DNA of 64,000 bases from Squalus acanthias (Eukaryota), in contig CM059432.1 in assembly GCA_030390025.1 (NCBI GenBank), forward strand, positions 558,001-622,000, in the 5' to 3' direction. The notes below the pieces were generated by a model. The model saw nothing but the letters and a program-made list of their open reading frames with translations, was not told the origin of the DNA and did no database searches. Positions 21,939 to 34,531 of this stretch are shown here, piece after piece (the first letter of the stretch is position 1; each line of letters starts with the position of its first letter). Made by a program: the position numbers and the translations under genes.

Positions 21939-24900
21939 CAGCTACTTGAAGGTAAATCAGTGTCAAAGCAGTGGGAGGCATTCAAGGAGGAGATCCGGAG
22001 GGTTCAGACCAAACATGTGCCCTTAAAGAAAAAAGGTGGGACTAACAAATCTAGAGCCCCCTGGATGTCTAGAGATATACAGGGTAGGAGAAAGAAAAAA
22101 AGGGAGGCGTATGACAGATACCGAGGGCTAAATACTCCAGAATCTTTAGAGGAGTACAGAAAGTGCAGGGGTGCAATTTAAAATGATTTGGAAAGCAAAC
22201 GGGCACAGTCTCAGGATAAGGGGTCGGCCATTTAAGACCGAGATGAGGAGGAATGTCTTCACTCAGAGGGCTGTGAATCTTTCGAATTCTCTGCCCCAGA
22301 GGGCTGTGAATGCTGAGTCTTTGAGTATATTCAAGCTGAGATTGATAGATTTTTGGACTCTAGGGGAATCAAGGGATATGGAGATCGGACGGGAAAGTGG
22401 AGTCGAGGTCGATGATCAGCCATGATCTTATTGAATGGCGGAGCAGGCTCGAGGGGCCGTATGACTTACTCCTGCTCCAATTCTTATGTTCTTATAACAG
22501 GGTTGCCAAATGGATGAATTACTTAAATATTTTGAGACACGTTTGTCCACATCGCTTTAAAAGAAGGAAAGAAAGGACTTTGCATTTATATGGCCTGGGG
22601 ACGTCCCAAAGAGCTTTGCGACCAATGAAGTACTTTTTGGAGTGTAGTGACTATTATAATGTAGGAAACACGGTAGCCAATTTCTGCACAGCAAGAGGCC
22701 ACAAACAGCAATGTGATAATGACCAGTTAATTTTTTTTAAGTGATGTTGATTGAGGGATAAATATTGGCCAGGACACCAGGGAGAACTCCCCTGCTTTTC
22801 TTCAAAATAGAGCCATGGGATCTTTTACCTTTGCATAAGGTCCCACGTCTACCTTTTAGGCACACTCTTCTTTTCTCTCTACCTCCAGCCGGTTTTGAAA
22901 GTAATTGTTTTGAGTTTTAATAGCCTGCAATGCAGTGATTGAGGCTTTTTTCTTTTGCGTAGGCTATGGAGTCTGGAGCAAGTCGCAGCAGCTCGACTCA
23001 GAAGAGGCCGGTGCGGACACAGGCTGTCATTGACCAGTCCGACATGTACACACATGTCCTGTCCGTGTTCACCGAGAAAAAGGTTAGCAGCGCCGAACGA
23101 GATTCGCCTGATTTTGGAAAAGGAAAAACTGACAAAAGCAAAGTGAACAGAAGCTCATTCTGTTACGATGGGATTGCTGTAAAACTGATCCCAAAGAGAC
23201 AAGTCACATTAATGGGGATAATCTGAGAGGCCAACTCGGAAAACCTTTGATTCTGATACCCAACACCAATTGGTATTGACGAAATTCAGGTGGAGTACCA
23301 CAAAGAAAGACTTGCATTTCTATAGCGCCTTTCACAACCTTAGGATGTCTCAAAGCGCCTTACCGCCAGTGAAATACTTTTTGAAGTGTAGTCACTGTTG
23401 TAATGTAGGGAAACGCGGCAGCCAATTTGCGCACAGCAAGGTCCCACAAACAGTAATGTGATAATGACTAGATAATTTTTTTTTCGTGGTGTTGATTGAG
23501 GGATAAGTGTTGTACAGAAAGCAGAATAAAGATTGGGAAATACTGATGGAATTAAAAGAGACAGACAGAAAAAGTTGAAAAGAAAATTATTTTAATTTAA
23601 AAAAAAATCTCCAACAATTGACTTCTGAAGGAATGAGAGTCCACACTTGTAAAATAAAATTTTCAGGGCCAGAGAGGTTGTTCAGCAGTAATTATCAATT
23701 ATGACGCCGTTAAAAAATCACTTGCTCCTGAATGCACCAGCCCTAACTTTTTATGGCGTGTTTAGTGTGGAACTAGTGGGCAAGTAGCCCAAGTTCACGC
23801 CATTGTAATCATTTCAATGCCGAGTCTATCGGCGAGGACTGCAATAGCGCACCGTATGGTGGAGCAGGGTACCTCTGACAGCAAATTCTGGATTTCTGCG
23901 TTTAACTGCGCATGTAATCCAGAGGTTGCTGTCAGATTTACCCTGTAATAACGGTGATCGCTGATCGCCTCACCGGTATTATTACCGCAGATTCCTGGCC
24001 AATATATTTTAAAAAGTGAGAGTTAAATTAGGGTACAGAAGAGATTTATTAGAATGGTTCCAAGGATGCGGGAATACGGTTACGTGGAAAGACTGGAGAA
24101 GCTGGGGTTGTTCTCCTTTGGAGCAGAGAAGGCTAAGAGGAGATTTGATAGAGGTGTTCAAAATTATGAAGGGTTTAGATGGAGTAAATAAAGAGAAACT
24201 GTTTCCAATGGCTGAAGGGTTGATGGCCAGAGGGCACAGATTTAAGGTGATTGGCAAAAGAACCAGAGGCGACATGAGGAAAAACTTATTTACGCAACGA
24301 GTGGTTAGGATTTGGAATGCGCTGCCTGATAGGGTGGTGGAAACAGATTCAATAGTAGCCTTCAAAAGGGAATTGGATAAATACTTGGAGAAAAAATTGC
24401 AGGGATATGGGGAAAGAGCGGGGAGTGGGACTAACTGGATTGCTCTTCGAAAGAGCTGGCGCAGACTGGATGGGCCGAATGGCCTCCTTCTGTGCTGTAC
24501 TATTCTATGATTCTATTGTGATCCTGGAGTTTCTGCTGGTTAGGATAGTATTTATCAGACTTTTATCCTGCAAGCTTTACGTGTAGGTATTTAGCATAAG
24601 TTAGAGTCCACAATACTGCAGGTTTTACCTGGGCTGCTCGGAGCGGGCTTGATGGGCTGAATGGTCTCATTCCATACTTGTGTTCTGATGCGTCTCTGCC
24701 ATGTGATTTTCTACAACTTCTTCTTTTAGCAGGACCTTCCCCACAAGTTCATTAGTGCAGTATTGATGGAATACATCCGGTCTCTCAATCAGTACCAGAT
24801 CACAGTCCAGGTATCCGTCCCCTTCACTTCAATTAACAATATTGAGATTGGTGTACTTTGATTCTTGTCTGCTTGCTTTAAAACGTTGTATTTTATTCCA

Positions 24901-27226
24901 GCATTACCTGTACGAATTGGTCATAAAGACCCTAGTCCAGCACAGCCTATTCTACATGCTCCATCAGTTTCTACAGTACCATGTGCTCAGTGACTCCAAA
25001 CCACTGGTGAGATACCCGACTTCCTGAAGAATTCACCAGACTGTTGAACTGGCCTTTGACTGAGTAAACCATACTTTTATATCTTGTAATAAAAATATCC
25101 CTGAAAATATCTTGGATGTAAAGGCAAGGCAAGAACATTCACGTCATCTTAGGAAGTTAGAATTACATCAGAAATATGAGCAGCAGTAGGCCACGCGGCC
25201 CCTCGAGCCTGCTCCGCCATTCAATAAGATCATGGCTGATCCTCGACCTCAACTCCACTTTCCCAAATTGCACGAGGATCAGAGATAACCACTAAAGTTA
25301 AAAGACTAAGAAAGAAAGACTTGCATTTCTATAGCGCCTTTCACAACCTCCGGACATCCTAAAGCGCTTCACAGCCAATGAAGTACCTTTGCAGTGTAGT
25401 CACTGTTGTACTGTAGGCCTCGCCCCCCCATTACCCCCGCCCCCCCACCCATCTCTGTCACCTTCTCCAACCCACAACACTCCGACAGCTCCACACTCCT
25501 CCAATTCTGGCCTCTTGAGCATCCCCGATTTCCATCGCTCCACCATTGGCGGCCGTGCCTTCAGCTGCCAAGGCCCTAAGCTCAGGCATTCCCTCCCTAA
25601 ACCTCTCCACCTCTCATTCCTCCTTTAGGTCGCTCCTTAAAACCTACCTCTCCTGTCCTAATACCTCCTTATGCGGCTCGGTGTCAAATCTTGTCTGATA
25701 ACACTCCTGCGAAGCATCCTGGGATGTTAAAGGCGCTATATAGATGCAGGTTCTTGTTGTTGGAGGCAGTACTCTTTATGACCCCTTAAAGTTTGAGGAT
25801 GATGCTCCCTTGTGTGTTTCTACCCTGTGTCACACACCATCTGCTCCTGGGCTGGTGGGTGACCTATTGTGAGTGCAGTGCTGCTCTAAAATCGACCTTT
25901 GGGAGGTGTGCGAGAGGCGCCCCATTTAATAAATCGTACGACAATCATTTGAAACTTTGGAGCTGCATGCAGACATTATATCGATTTTACACGAGCTTTT
26001 ATCTTCCAGGCCTGTCTGCTTCTATCGCTGGAGAGCACCTACCCTCCTGCACATCAACTGTCCCTTGACATGCTAAAGGTAGGAACTCGCTTGTCTTTAC
26101 ATTCACTTGGCAGGTCTCTAAAGCCTCCACAGGTGAAATAATCCCTAAATGCTTTCTGGCAGCCTCTTACTTGCTTAATCTTGTTCTGCCCCACCCCCCC
26201 CCCCGGCCCATTCAAGCACTAAAAGAGCCAAGATGGGATGGAGTTCTTTTTTACAAAACATGACGAACGCCCCTTAATGGGTCCTTTTACAACTGAATGA
26301 TTGGTGTAGAAAGTTGTTCAGTATGGAGTGTGTTCCCTTACCATTCTCTAAAGCAATCTTTTTCACAATCATAGAATGATACAGCACAGAAGGAGGCCAT
26401 TCGGCCCATCGTGCCTGTGCCGGCTCTTTGAAAGAGCTCTCCCATTAGTCCCACTCCCCCTGCTCTTTCTCCAAAGCCCTGCACATTTTCCTTTTCCAGT
26501 CCACCTGGCCTAATATTTCCTTATGAGGCTCGGGGTCAGATTTTGTCTGATAACGCTCCTGTGAAGCTCCTTGGGATGTTTTACTATGTTAAAGGTTCTA
26601 TATAAATACAATATATATCGCCAATGCAGCACCTGTGTGACTACGTGAACGTGACTTCTCTGTGATATTACCACAAGCAAAATCTTCAACATTATGACTC
26701 AGATGTCAAAAAAAACTTAAAACCTGCTTCATCGAATGGCTTACTGATTGAAGCAATGCCTGGTTGTGGAGCTGTGAAATCCTGGGATGAGAGGTGTTGT
26801 CCTGTGATGAGAGATTGTGTAGAATGGGCCGATACTCTCTGGAGTTTAGAAGAATGAGAGGTGATCTCATTGAAACACACAAGATTCTGAGGGGGATTGA
26901 CAGGGTAGATGCTGAGAGGTTGTTTCCACTGGCTGCAGAGTCCAGAACCAGGGGGCATAGTCTCAGGATAAGGGTTCGGCCATTTTAGACTGAGATGAGG
27001 AGTAATTTCTTCACTGAGGGTTGTGAATCTTTGAAATTCTCCACCCCAAAGGGTTGTAAATGCTGAATCGTTGAGTATATTCAAGGCTGAGATAGATTGA
27101 TTTTTGCACTCTAGGGGAATCAATATATGTGTATACAGCACCTCATCTTTCGTTTAGGCACTTTACAGCCTTCTGGACTCAATATCGAGTTCAACAATTT
27201 CAGGTCAAAACCTCGGCCCCTACCAC

Positions 27227-27251
27227 ATATATATATATATATATATATATA
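27227..27251 (+). repeat. (AT)n microsatellite, copy 2 only
   Basis: An atat run of about 25 nt, absent at the equivalent position ~10452. Confidence 0.9.
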
Positions 27252-27498
27252 CACATTTTATCCACCCTTTTGGTTCATGCCTTTTTCCTTTTTTTTCTCT
27301 CTCTCCCCCCACGGCAGCTGTCTCTCATTCTGCCAGCATTTCACACTTCACACTTCTAGCCACCTTTTGTTTCTTAACCTGTCCCATTACCATCTCGTCT
27401 TGCCTTGAGCATCTCTTAATGTCTCTACTCACCATAGTTATTCCTCCCCCCAGCCTCCCTCTTGCTTTTTTATCTGTTTCATTTCCTGCTTTTTTATC

Positions 27499-27534
27499 AG
27501 TTCTGACGAAGGGTTTCGACCTGAAACGTTAACT
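27499..27534 (+). ncRNA. Minimal type I hammerhead ribozyme motif (duplicate of 10689-10724)
   Basis: Identical sequence agttctgacgaagggtttcgacctgaaacgttaact. Confidence 0.7.
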
Positions 27535-30500
27535 CTGTTTCTCTCTCCACGGATGTTGCCTGGCCTGCTGAGTTTTTCCAGCGTTTTCTGTTGTTTCAAT
27601 TTTCCAGCATCCGCAGTATTTTGCTATCGTATCCTATTTTTATGTTTATCTAGCTTCCCCTTAAATGCATCTCTGCTATTGGACCTCATGTCACCAAAGA
27701 TATGGGGCAAAGTGCCCAGCCACTCTGCAGGAGTCGGGTTTCGATTCTTGGACACTACAGCAGAGGCACTGGGGTGACAAACCTCTAAACAATTCTGGTC
27801 GCCATATTATAAAAAGGATATAGAGGCACTGGAGAGGGTGCAAGAAAGATTTACAAGGAGGATACCAGAAATGCGAGGGTATACCTATCAGGAAAGGTTG
27901 AACAGGCTGGGTCGCTTTTCACTTGAAAAGAGAAGTATGACAGATGCCAGGTCGCGAATACGGCTAAATATAGAAAGTTCAGAGGAGAAGTGAAAAAGAA
28001 AATGAGTGGTTATGAGAATAGAATGGCAGCTAACATAAAAGGTAATCCAAAAGTCTTCTATAGGCATATAAATAGTAAACGGGTAGTAAGAGGAGGGATG
28101 GGGCCAATTAGGGACCAAAAAGGAGACCTACACATGGAGGCAGAGGGTATGGGTGCGGTACTAAATGTGTACTTTGCATCTGTCTTCACCAAGGAAGAAG
28201 ATGCTGCCATAGACATAGTGAAAGAGGAGGTAGAGGAGATACTGGGTGGGATAAAAATTAATAAAGAGGAGGTAATAGAAAGGTTGGCTGTACTTAAAGT
28301 TGATAAGTCACCAGGACCAGATGGGATGCATCGTAGGCCACGGAGGGAAGTAAAGGAAGAAATCGCAGAGGTACTGACCAAAATCTTCCAATCCTTCTTA
28401 GAAACGCGGGTGGTGCCAGAGGACTGGAGAATTGCAAATGTCATACCCTTGTTCAAAAAAGGCTGTAAAGATAAACCCAGCAACTACAGGCCAGTCAGTT
28501 TAACCTCGGTAGTAGGGAAGCTTTTAGAAACAATAATCAGGGACAAAATTAAGTCACTTGGACAAGTGTGGATTAATTAAGGAAAGCCAGCACGGATTTG
28601 TTAAAGGCAAATCGTGTTTAATCAACTTGATCGAGGTTTTTTGATGAGGTAACAGAGAGGGTTGATGAGGGCAATGTAGTTGACGTGGTGTACATGGATT
28701 TCCGAAATTGTTTGACAAAGTGCCACATAATAGGCTTGCCAGCAAAGTTGAAGCCCATGGTAAAAAGGGACAATGGCAGCATGGATACGAAATTGGCTCA
28801 GTGATAGGAAACAGAGAGTGGTGGTGAACGGTTGTTTTTCCAGACTTGAAGGTATACAGTGGTGTTCCCCAGGGGTCGGTTCTAGGACCACTGCTTTTCT
28901 TGATATATATTAATGACTTGGATGTGGGTGTACAGGGCACAATTTCAAAATTTGCAGATGACACAAAACTTGGAAGTAAAGTGAACAGTGAGGAGGATAG
29001 TGATAGACTTCAAGAGGACATAGGCAGGCTGGTGGAATGGACAGACACATGGCAGATGAAATTTAACGCAGAAAAGTGCCAAGTGATACATTTTGGTAGA
29101 ATGGGGAGAGGAAATATAAACTGAAGGGTATAATCCTAAAAGGGGTGCATGAACAGAGACACCGAGGGGTATATGTGCACAAATCGTTGAAGGTGGCAGG
29201 GCAGGTTGAGAAAGCGATTAAAAAAGCTTATGGGATCATGGGCTTCATGAATATAGATAGAGTACAAAAGCGTGGACATGATGAACCTTTATAAAACACT
29301 GGTTCGGCCTCAACTGGAGTATTGTGTCCAATTCTGGGCACCGCACTTTAGGAAGGATGTGAAGGCCTTCGAGAGGGTGCAGAAAAGATTTACGAGAATG
29401 GTTCCAGGGATGAGGGACTTCAGTTACGTGGATAGACTGGAGAAGCTGGGGTTGTTCTCCTTGGAGCAGAGAAGATTGAGGGGAGATTTGATAGAGGTGT
29501 CCAAAATCATGAGGGATCTGGACATAGTAGAGAGAGAGAAACTGTTCCCATTGGCAGAAGGGTCGAGAACCAGAGGACAGATTTAAGGCGATTGGCAGAA
29601 GAACCAAAGGCGACATGAGGAAAAACTGTTTTACGCAGCGAGTGGTTAGGATCTGGAATGCACTGCCTGAAAGGGTGGTGGAGGCAGACTCAATCACAGC
29701 TTTCAAAAGGGAGAAGTATCTGAAGGAAAAAAATTTGCAGGGCTACAGGGAAAGGGCAGGGGAGTGGGACTAGCTGAAGTGCTCTTGGAGAGTTGACCGA
29801 ATGGCCGCCTTCCATGATGTAACTATTCGATGGAAGGCCGAGGGGTGACCTAATAGAGGTCTTTAAAATTATGAAAGGTTTTGAGAGTGGATGCAGAGAG
29901 AGTGTTTCCACTTGTGGGGAAGAGCAAAACTAGAGGCCATCAATATAAGATAGTCACCAAGAAATCAAATAGGGAATTCAGAAGAAACCTCTTTACCCAG
30001 AGAGTGGTGAGAATGTGGAACTCACTACCACAGGAGTGGTTGAAGCGAATAGTATGGATGCATTTAAGGGGAGGCTAGATAAGCATATGGGGGAGAAGGG
30101 AATAGATAGTTATGCTGATGGATTTAGATGAGGAAAGACAAGAGGAGGCTCGAGTAGAGCATAAACACCAGCATAGACTGGTTGGCCTGGCCTGTTTCTG
30201 TGCTGTATATCCTATGTAAACCTGTGTATGTAATATACTGGGCTGTCCTTTTCAGGAGAAACATGCAAAGAAAAACACTGCTTTTGAGGTTGTTCTGTAA
30301 CAGTATTGACCAACCTATTCTGTCTGTGCCCATCTAAACATCAATTAAAGCAGCAAATATTAGCACTGGGGCTAAAATTGGAATTGATATTCAGCACAGA
30401 TTGTGCTCCAGTTGCCCCCGTTGTCTGGTGTTATACACTCCCGAGCTGACCTGTGAATTACATCATGTGCTCCAATAGTGGGCTGAGTGAGCCTGCCTCA

Positions 30501-32604
30501 ATAGCTACCCAAGGCTTTCAATACTGTACAAAATGTAATGTTCCATTTATAAACTTAGAAAACACCCGAGATTGGACAAAATCTCTTCTGGGACTCGACT
30601 AGGAATCTTTACTCATGTTAGTGTTGCGATGGACACCAGTCTCCACCTTTGCTTACCTAGATGCATGTTCTATCAGTTATAGTTTCCTTGACTGACTCCT
30701 GCTGGGTTAGGGACCTCTGCCATCAATGCCCACACTGGAGGTTGTGTTATGGGAGCTTTGTTACAGTCCGCTGGTTTGCTCATATTCAGATGTTGGTTAA
30801 ACCTCTTCCAAAAATTCAGCCATGGCTTTAGAGACAATCGGCCAATGCCTGTTATTTGGTCGAGAGAGTCTCCCACCTGGCTCTTCAGAAGTGAAACAGC
30901 AGCAGTGCACTAAATAATGGAGACTGACTCTTTCCATTAATGAATGCTTTGGTAGCATCTCCTAATCTGAACATGAAATCCAGAATTCATGGTGAGGCAG
31001 AGGGTGGGGGGGGGGGGGGGGGGGGGGAGAAGAGAACATTGCTGATTTACTACAAAGCACTGGACACTGCATGGATTGTACATGGTTGGCAACATGATCA
31101 ACTTTGCTATGGATATGTGCCAAATGTTCTCTTAAACAAGCTCTCTCCCCTTTCACTATTGCAGCGACTCTCCACAGCCAACGATGAGATTGTGGAAGTG
31201 TTACTGTCCAAACACCAGGTTCTGGGTGCACTGAGGTTTATTCGAAGTGTTGGCAGCCATGACAACATATCGGCCCGGAAATTCTTGGATGCAGCGAGAC
31301 AGACTGGAGATGCAATGCTGTTCTACACCACCTTCAAGTTTTTTGAACAGAGGAATCAGAGGTTACGAGGAAGTTCACAATTTACACCAGGTGAGTACAA
31401 CCCAGAAGTGCTTTTGTAGAGAACTGGGGGACTGGTAGGGAGAAAATAAGCATAGGTTCTCATCGATTACTGCAATACCTCACCTACAATGGTGGATTAA
31501 CCACTCACTTACCCATAATTCATACAAGATCAGGAAAGAATGAGTTTACCAAATGAGTACTTTCATAGCAGTCTTTAATGAACAGCAAGTCACATTACAA
31601 AATTGCAGCTTTAAGTGTATTTACATGTTTAATCAATCAAGAACTGAAACTCAATTCTACTTTCCCCTATTTTGTTTTGGATCCAATGAGAGAGAGGTCC
31701 CATCTGCTCCCTCAAATGGGCCTAAGATCCTATGGCATTTTGAATAGGACTTTCTGGTGAGCTGGTGAATATTGATCCCTGAACCAGCATCAAAAACAGA
31801 TTCTCTGGTCATTTATCTTTGCACGTGGGAGCTTGCCGTGTGGTTGCCCCATTGCCCTTCATTACAACTGACATGGCTTTGTAGCACTTTGGGATGTCCC
31901 AAGGTCTTAAGGCAGTATAAATACAAGTGTTTTTTCCCTGTGATTAGCTTGCTTTTTGGCAGTGAAAAATATGCAAAGTTGATCATTTAAAAAACATTAA
32001 CTCCTGAGATCTGCTGGTATTAATTTGGGTAAATTGTTTTAAGTGTGGCTGTTTTTAAAAACTAACCTGTCCCTCAGTTTAGATTAAAAGCTAATTTCGG
32101 TTCAGGGGGAAGTATTGCTGTGTTACACATCAGCATTTAAGCCAGCTTGAGTCACACTTGTGTCCTTCTGATTTACCTTTTATGCAGCATCAGTATGACA
32201 TTTATGCCAATTGTCAAATGGCATCCTTACTTCGATAGGAAGGAGCTTGGGCAGCAGTAGCAAGCATGTGCCATAAAGCATTCTCTGCTACCACTCCTTC
32301 AATTGGAACAGGGTTTTTTTTTTTAAAAATGGCACATCCTTCAGTTGTTGGGTTTTTAGATCCTTGTGGAAGGGGATTTCTTAGCTTACTTTGATATCAA
32401 CTCCCTCATGGAAATGCATTGTACTTGAGCACCATTAATGAGAATTCTTTTTTTTAATTTTTAGGAGAGCATTGCGAAGAACACATCTCCCATTTCAAAA
32501 GCCTTTTTGGAGAACAAGCACTTCTGACACCTGTGGCTGTATGAACTCTCAGGACTGTTAGCACAGAAACGCAATGCACCATTAGTTATTGAATGTCTAG
32601 AAAC

Positions 32605-32610
32605 TTTATT
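32605..32610 (-). terminator. Candidate NPC1 polyadenylation signal (copy 2)
   Basis: TTTATT on + is AATAAA on -, lying inside the duplicated RMC1 3'UTR. Confidence 0.5.
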
Positions 32611-32979
32611 TGTGTATTATAAAAGGAGCATAAAAAATGTACACAATTTTGGCATGTATTAAAAATATGCATTAGTCACTTCCCAGTGTCATTCTTTTAA
32701 CTAGTCAGCTGGAAAGAGTAAACTAGCATTGCAATTACCAGTTACAGATCCACATCTCTGCTGAATTGCCAGTTAAGGTATTACTAATCCAATAAAACTG
32801 GAAACAGTCAGGAACCTTCAATAAATAAAGTAGTCTGTTCTGTAGCAAACTAGCCAATTTCCTGAGTTCAAAGTACTAAGAAATTTCTGCATTAAACTGC
32901 AAAGACAGTTCGAAATCCTTTGAATTTCATCAGAATCTGTATGGGGTCAATAGTCCGCTCTTGATTCTGAAGCTCTTGG

Positions 32980-33065
32980 TCAATGCTGGTTTAACAGTCG
33001 CTCCCGTTCTGTGCCCTTGTACAGGTTGTGCAGTGCAGAAACTTTTCCTCGGTTTACAGTTGGTC
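32980..33065 (-). CDS. NPC1: NPC1 exon 25 (terminal)
   Basis: tttag|GA CCA... gives GPTVNRGKVSALHNLYKGTERERLLNQH*, retaining the dileucine lysosomal sorting motif. Confidence 0.92.
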
Positions 33066-34075
33066 CTAAACACATTTAAACTAGTTAGCAATTAAGACAA
33101 TATTTGTAAACACAGTATAAAATCTCCAACTTAGATGTACTGGAATGCAGAGTGCAAAGCAAGAATTCTCAGCTCAAACTACAATTGTCTGCTAGTGTAC
33201 AAGTTAAACAATGCCTCATTCAGTTGAGTACATGGAAACCACACTTCAGGACAAGGCTCAGGTTGTGAGCATTTTTAGAAAATGACTTCACTCCATTTCC
33301 TCAATCTTGTGGCATTGCTCATGAGGCAGTCTTCAAGGCCAGAGCAGAACAGGGATATTCAGCTGCTACAATGAGTGGTGCTTAATCTGACCTGTAAATT
33401 ACTGCTGTGGAAACTAGTCTCATCCACAGACCAGGAAATTGTACAATAAAAAGGTGCTTGTAATAACCCAGCTTCTCCTCAAAGGCCATAGGAGTAGACT
33501 ATTCAGCAGAGTCTGTTCTGCCATTTCTACCCACCTCTGCTCCATATCCTTCAATACCATGGTGAGCAATTGAACCCCAGCATCTACTGCTGAGGGAATT
33601 CCACACTTCTACCATCCTTTGCATGGTGTTTCCCCAACTTCTCTAGCCAGCAGATGCATGGGTTTCCCCAGCTTCTCTAGCTAGTGGAAAAACTTCTCCC
33701 CATCTATCCCTTTAAAAATCCCCAAAAGCTCAACTCATCCCTTAACCTTCTATATTACAGGGAATACAGACTAGTTTATGTAACCCCTCAATTTAACCCT
33801 TGGAGTCCTGGCAATATTCTGGTGAATCTGCACTGCACTCCTTCCAAGGCCAATACATCCTAAGGTGTGGTAACTTTAGCTTGAATAAGTGACAATAGGC
33901 ACAAGAATTGATAGTACTGTAACAAGAGGAAACCAAATTAATATAATATGCTCCGTGTCAGCAGTGCAAGAATGGCTTAATTGGTTGAATTAAGCATTTA
34001 AAATAAAGTTCAAATGGACAGCCAGATAGTGATGAATTTGCTTTCATAAACAAAAATGGATTTGAACAATCTTAC

Positions 34076-34238
34076 CTATATAACTAAGCATTACAGGAAG
34101 GAATACGAGGCCGTGAGCAGCTCCCAAAAGCACGATCGCCAAGTACATCCTGAAGTAGAAGATCTGGAAAATCTGGGATTTGGCAAATGCCAAGACCACA
34201 ATACCTCCAAACTTAGTTAGTGTGATGCCACTAAATAC
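34076..34238 (-). CDS. NPC1: NPC1 exon 24
   Basis: 163 nt, ag/gt. [54 protein letters not shown]. Confidence 0.95.
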
Positions 34239-34531
34239 CTGGAGAGAGAGGGAGAAAGTTGTAAGCCCAGGTCCTGAGATATACACATGCAGGAGCAGCA
34301 CAACAGCTACAGTACGGATTACCCATCTTTCATGTTGGCAGCAGCTATGAGAAAGGGCAGGCTCCTGTGGTGGGCCAAGTTAATTCCAGTGCTATCTGAA
34401 GTATGTTCAAGATTTAAAAGAATTGTCCTTTAGGATGGCAAAGTTCTAAATAACCCAGATAGTTTGTCGATTTGTTTAGCTAAACATCATGGATCCCGAG
34501 GTGATGCTAGATGCCACATTAAGTTACTTAC

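Larger units (their letters stand above)
5418..22199 (+). repeat. Tandem segmental duplication, copy 1 (~16.8 kb)
   Basis: Colinear with 22200-37444, from ...cacagtctcaggataaggggtcggcc to ...gtgcaatt..aa...ggaaagcaa. Confidence 0.9.
19168..22199 (+). mobile_element. CR1 LINE (ORF1 end plus ORF2 endonuclease), interrupted by two insertions and cut by the duplication junction
   Basis: LNGNGTNILAGGFASAVGEGLN*, then YFNARSIANK..DIIAITETWL..GYRIFRRDR..GVYYRPP..GDFSYP..SDHN. Confidence 0.88.
22963..32544 (+). pseudogene. RMC1: Orphan duplicate of RMC1 exons ~15-20 (intact reading frames)
   Basis: Exons 22963-23082, 24733-24810, 24902-25006, 26010-26078, 31165-31390 and 32465-32544. Same lengths as copy 1, one visible substitution (RGNSQ to RGSSQ), no exon 14 or promoter immediately upstream. 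Confidence 0.85.
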
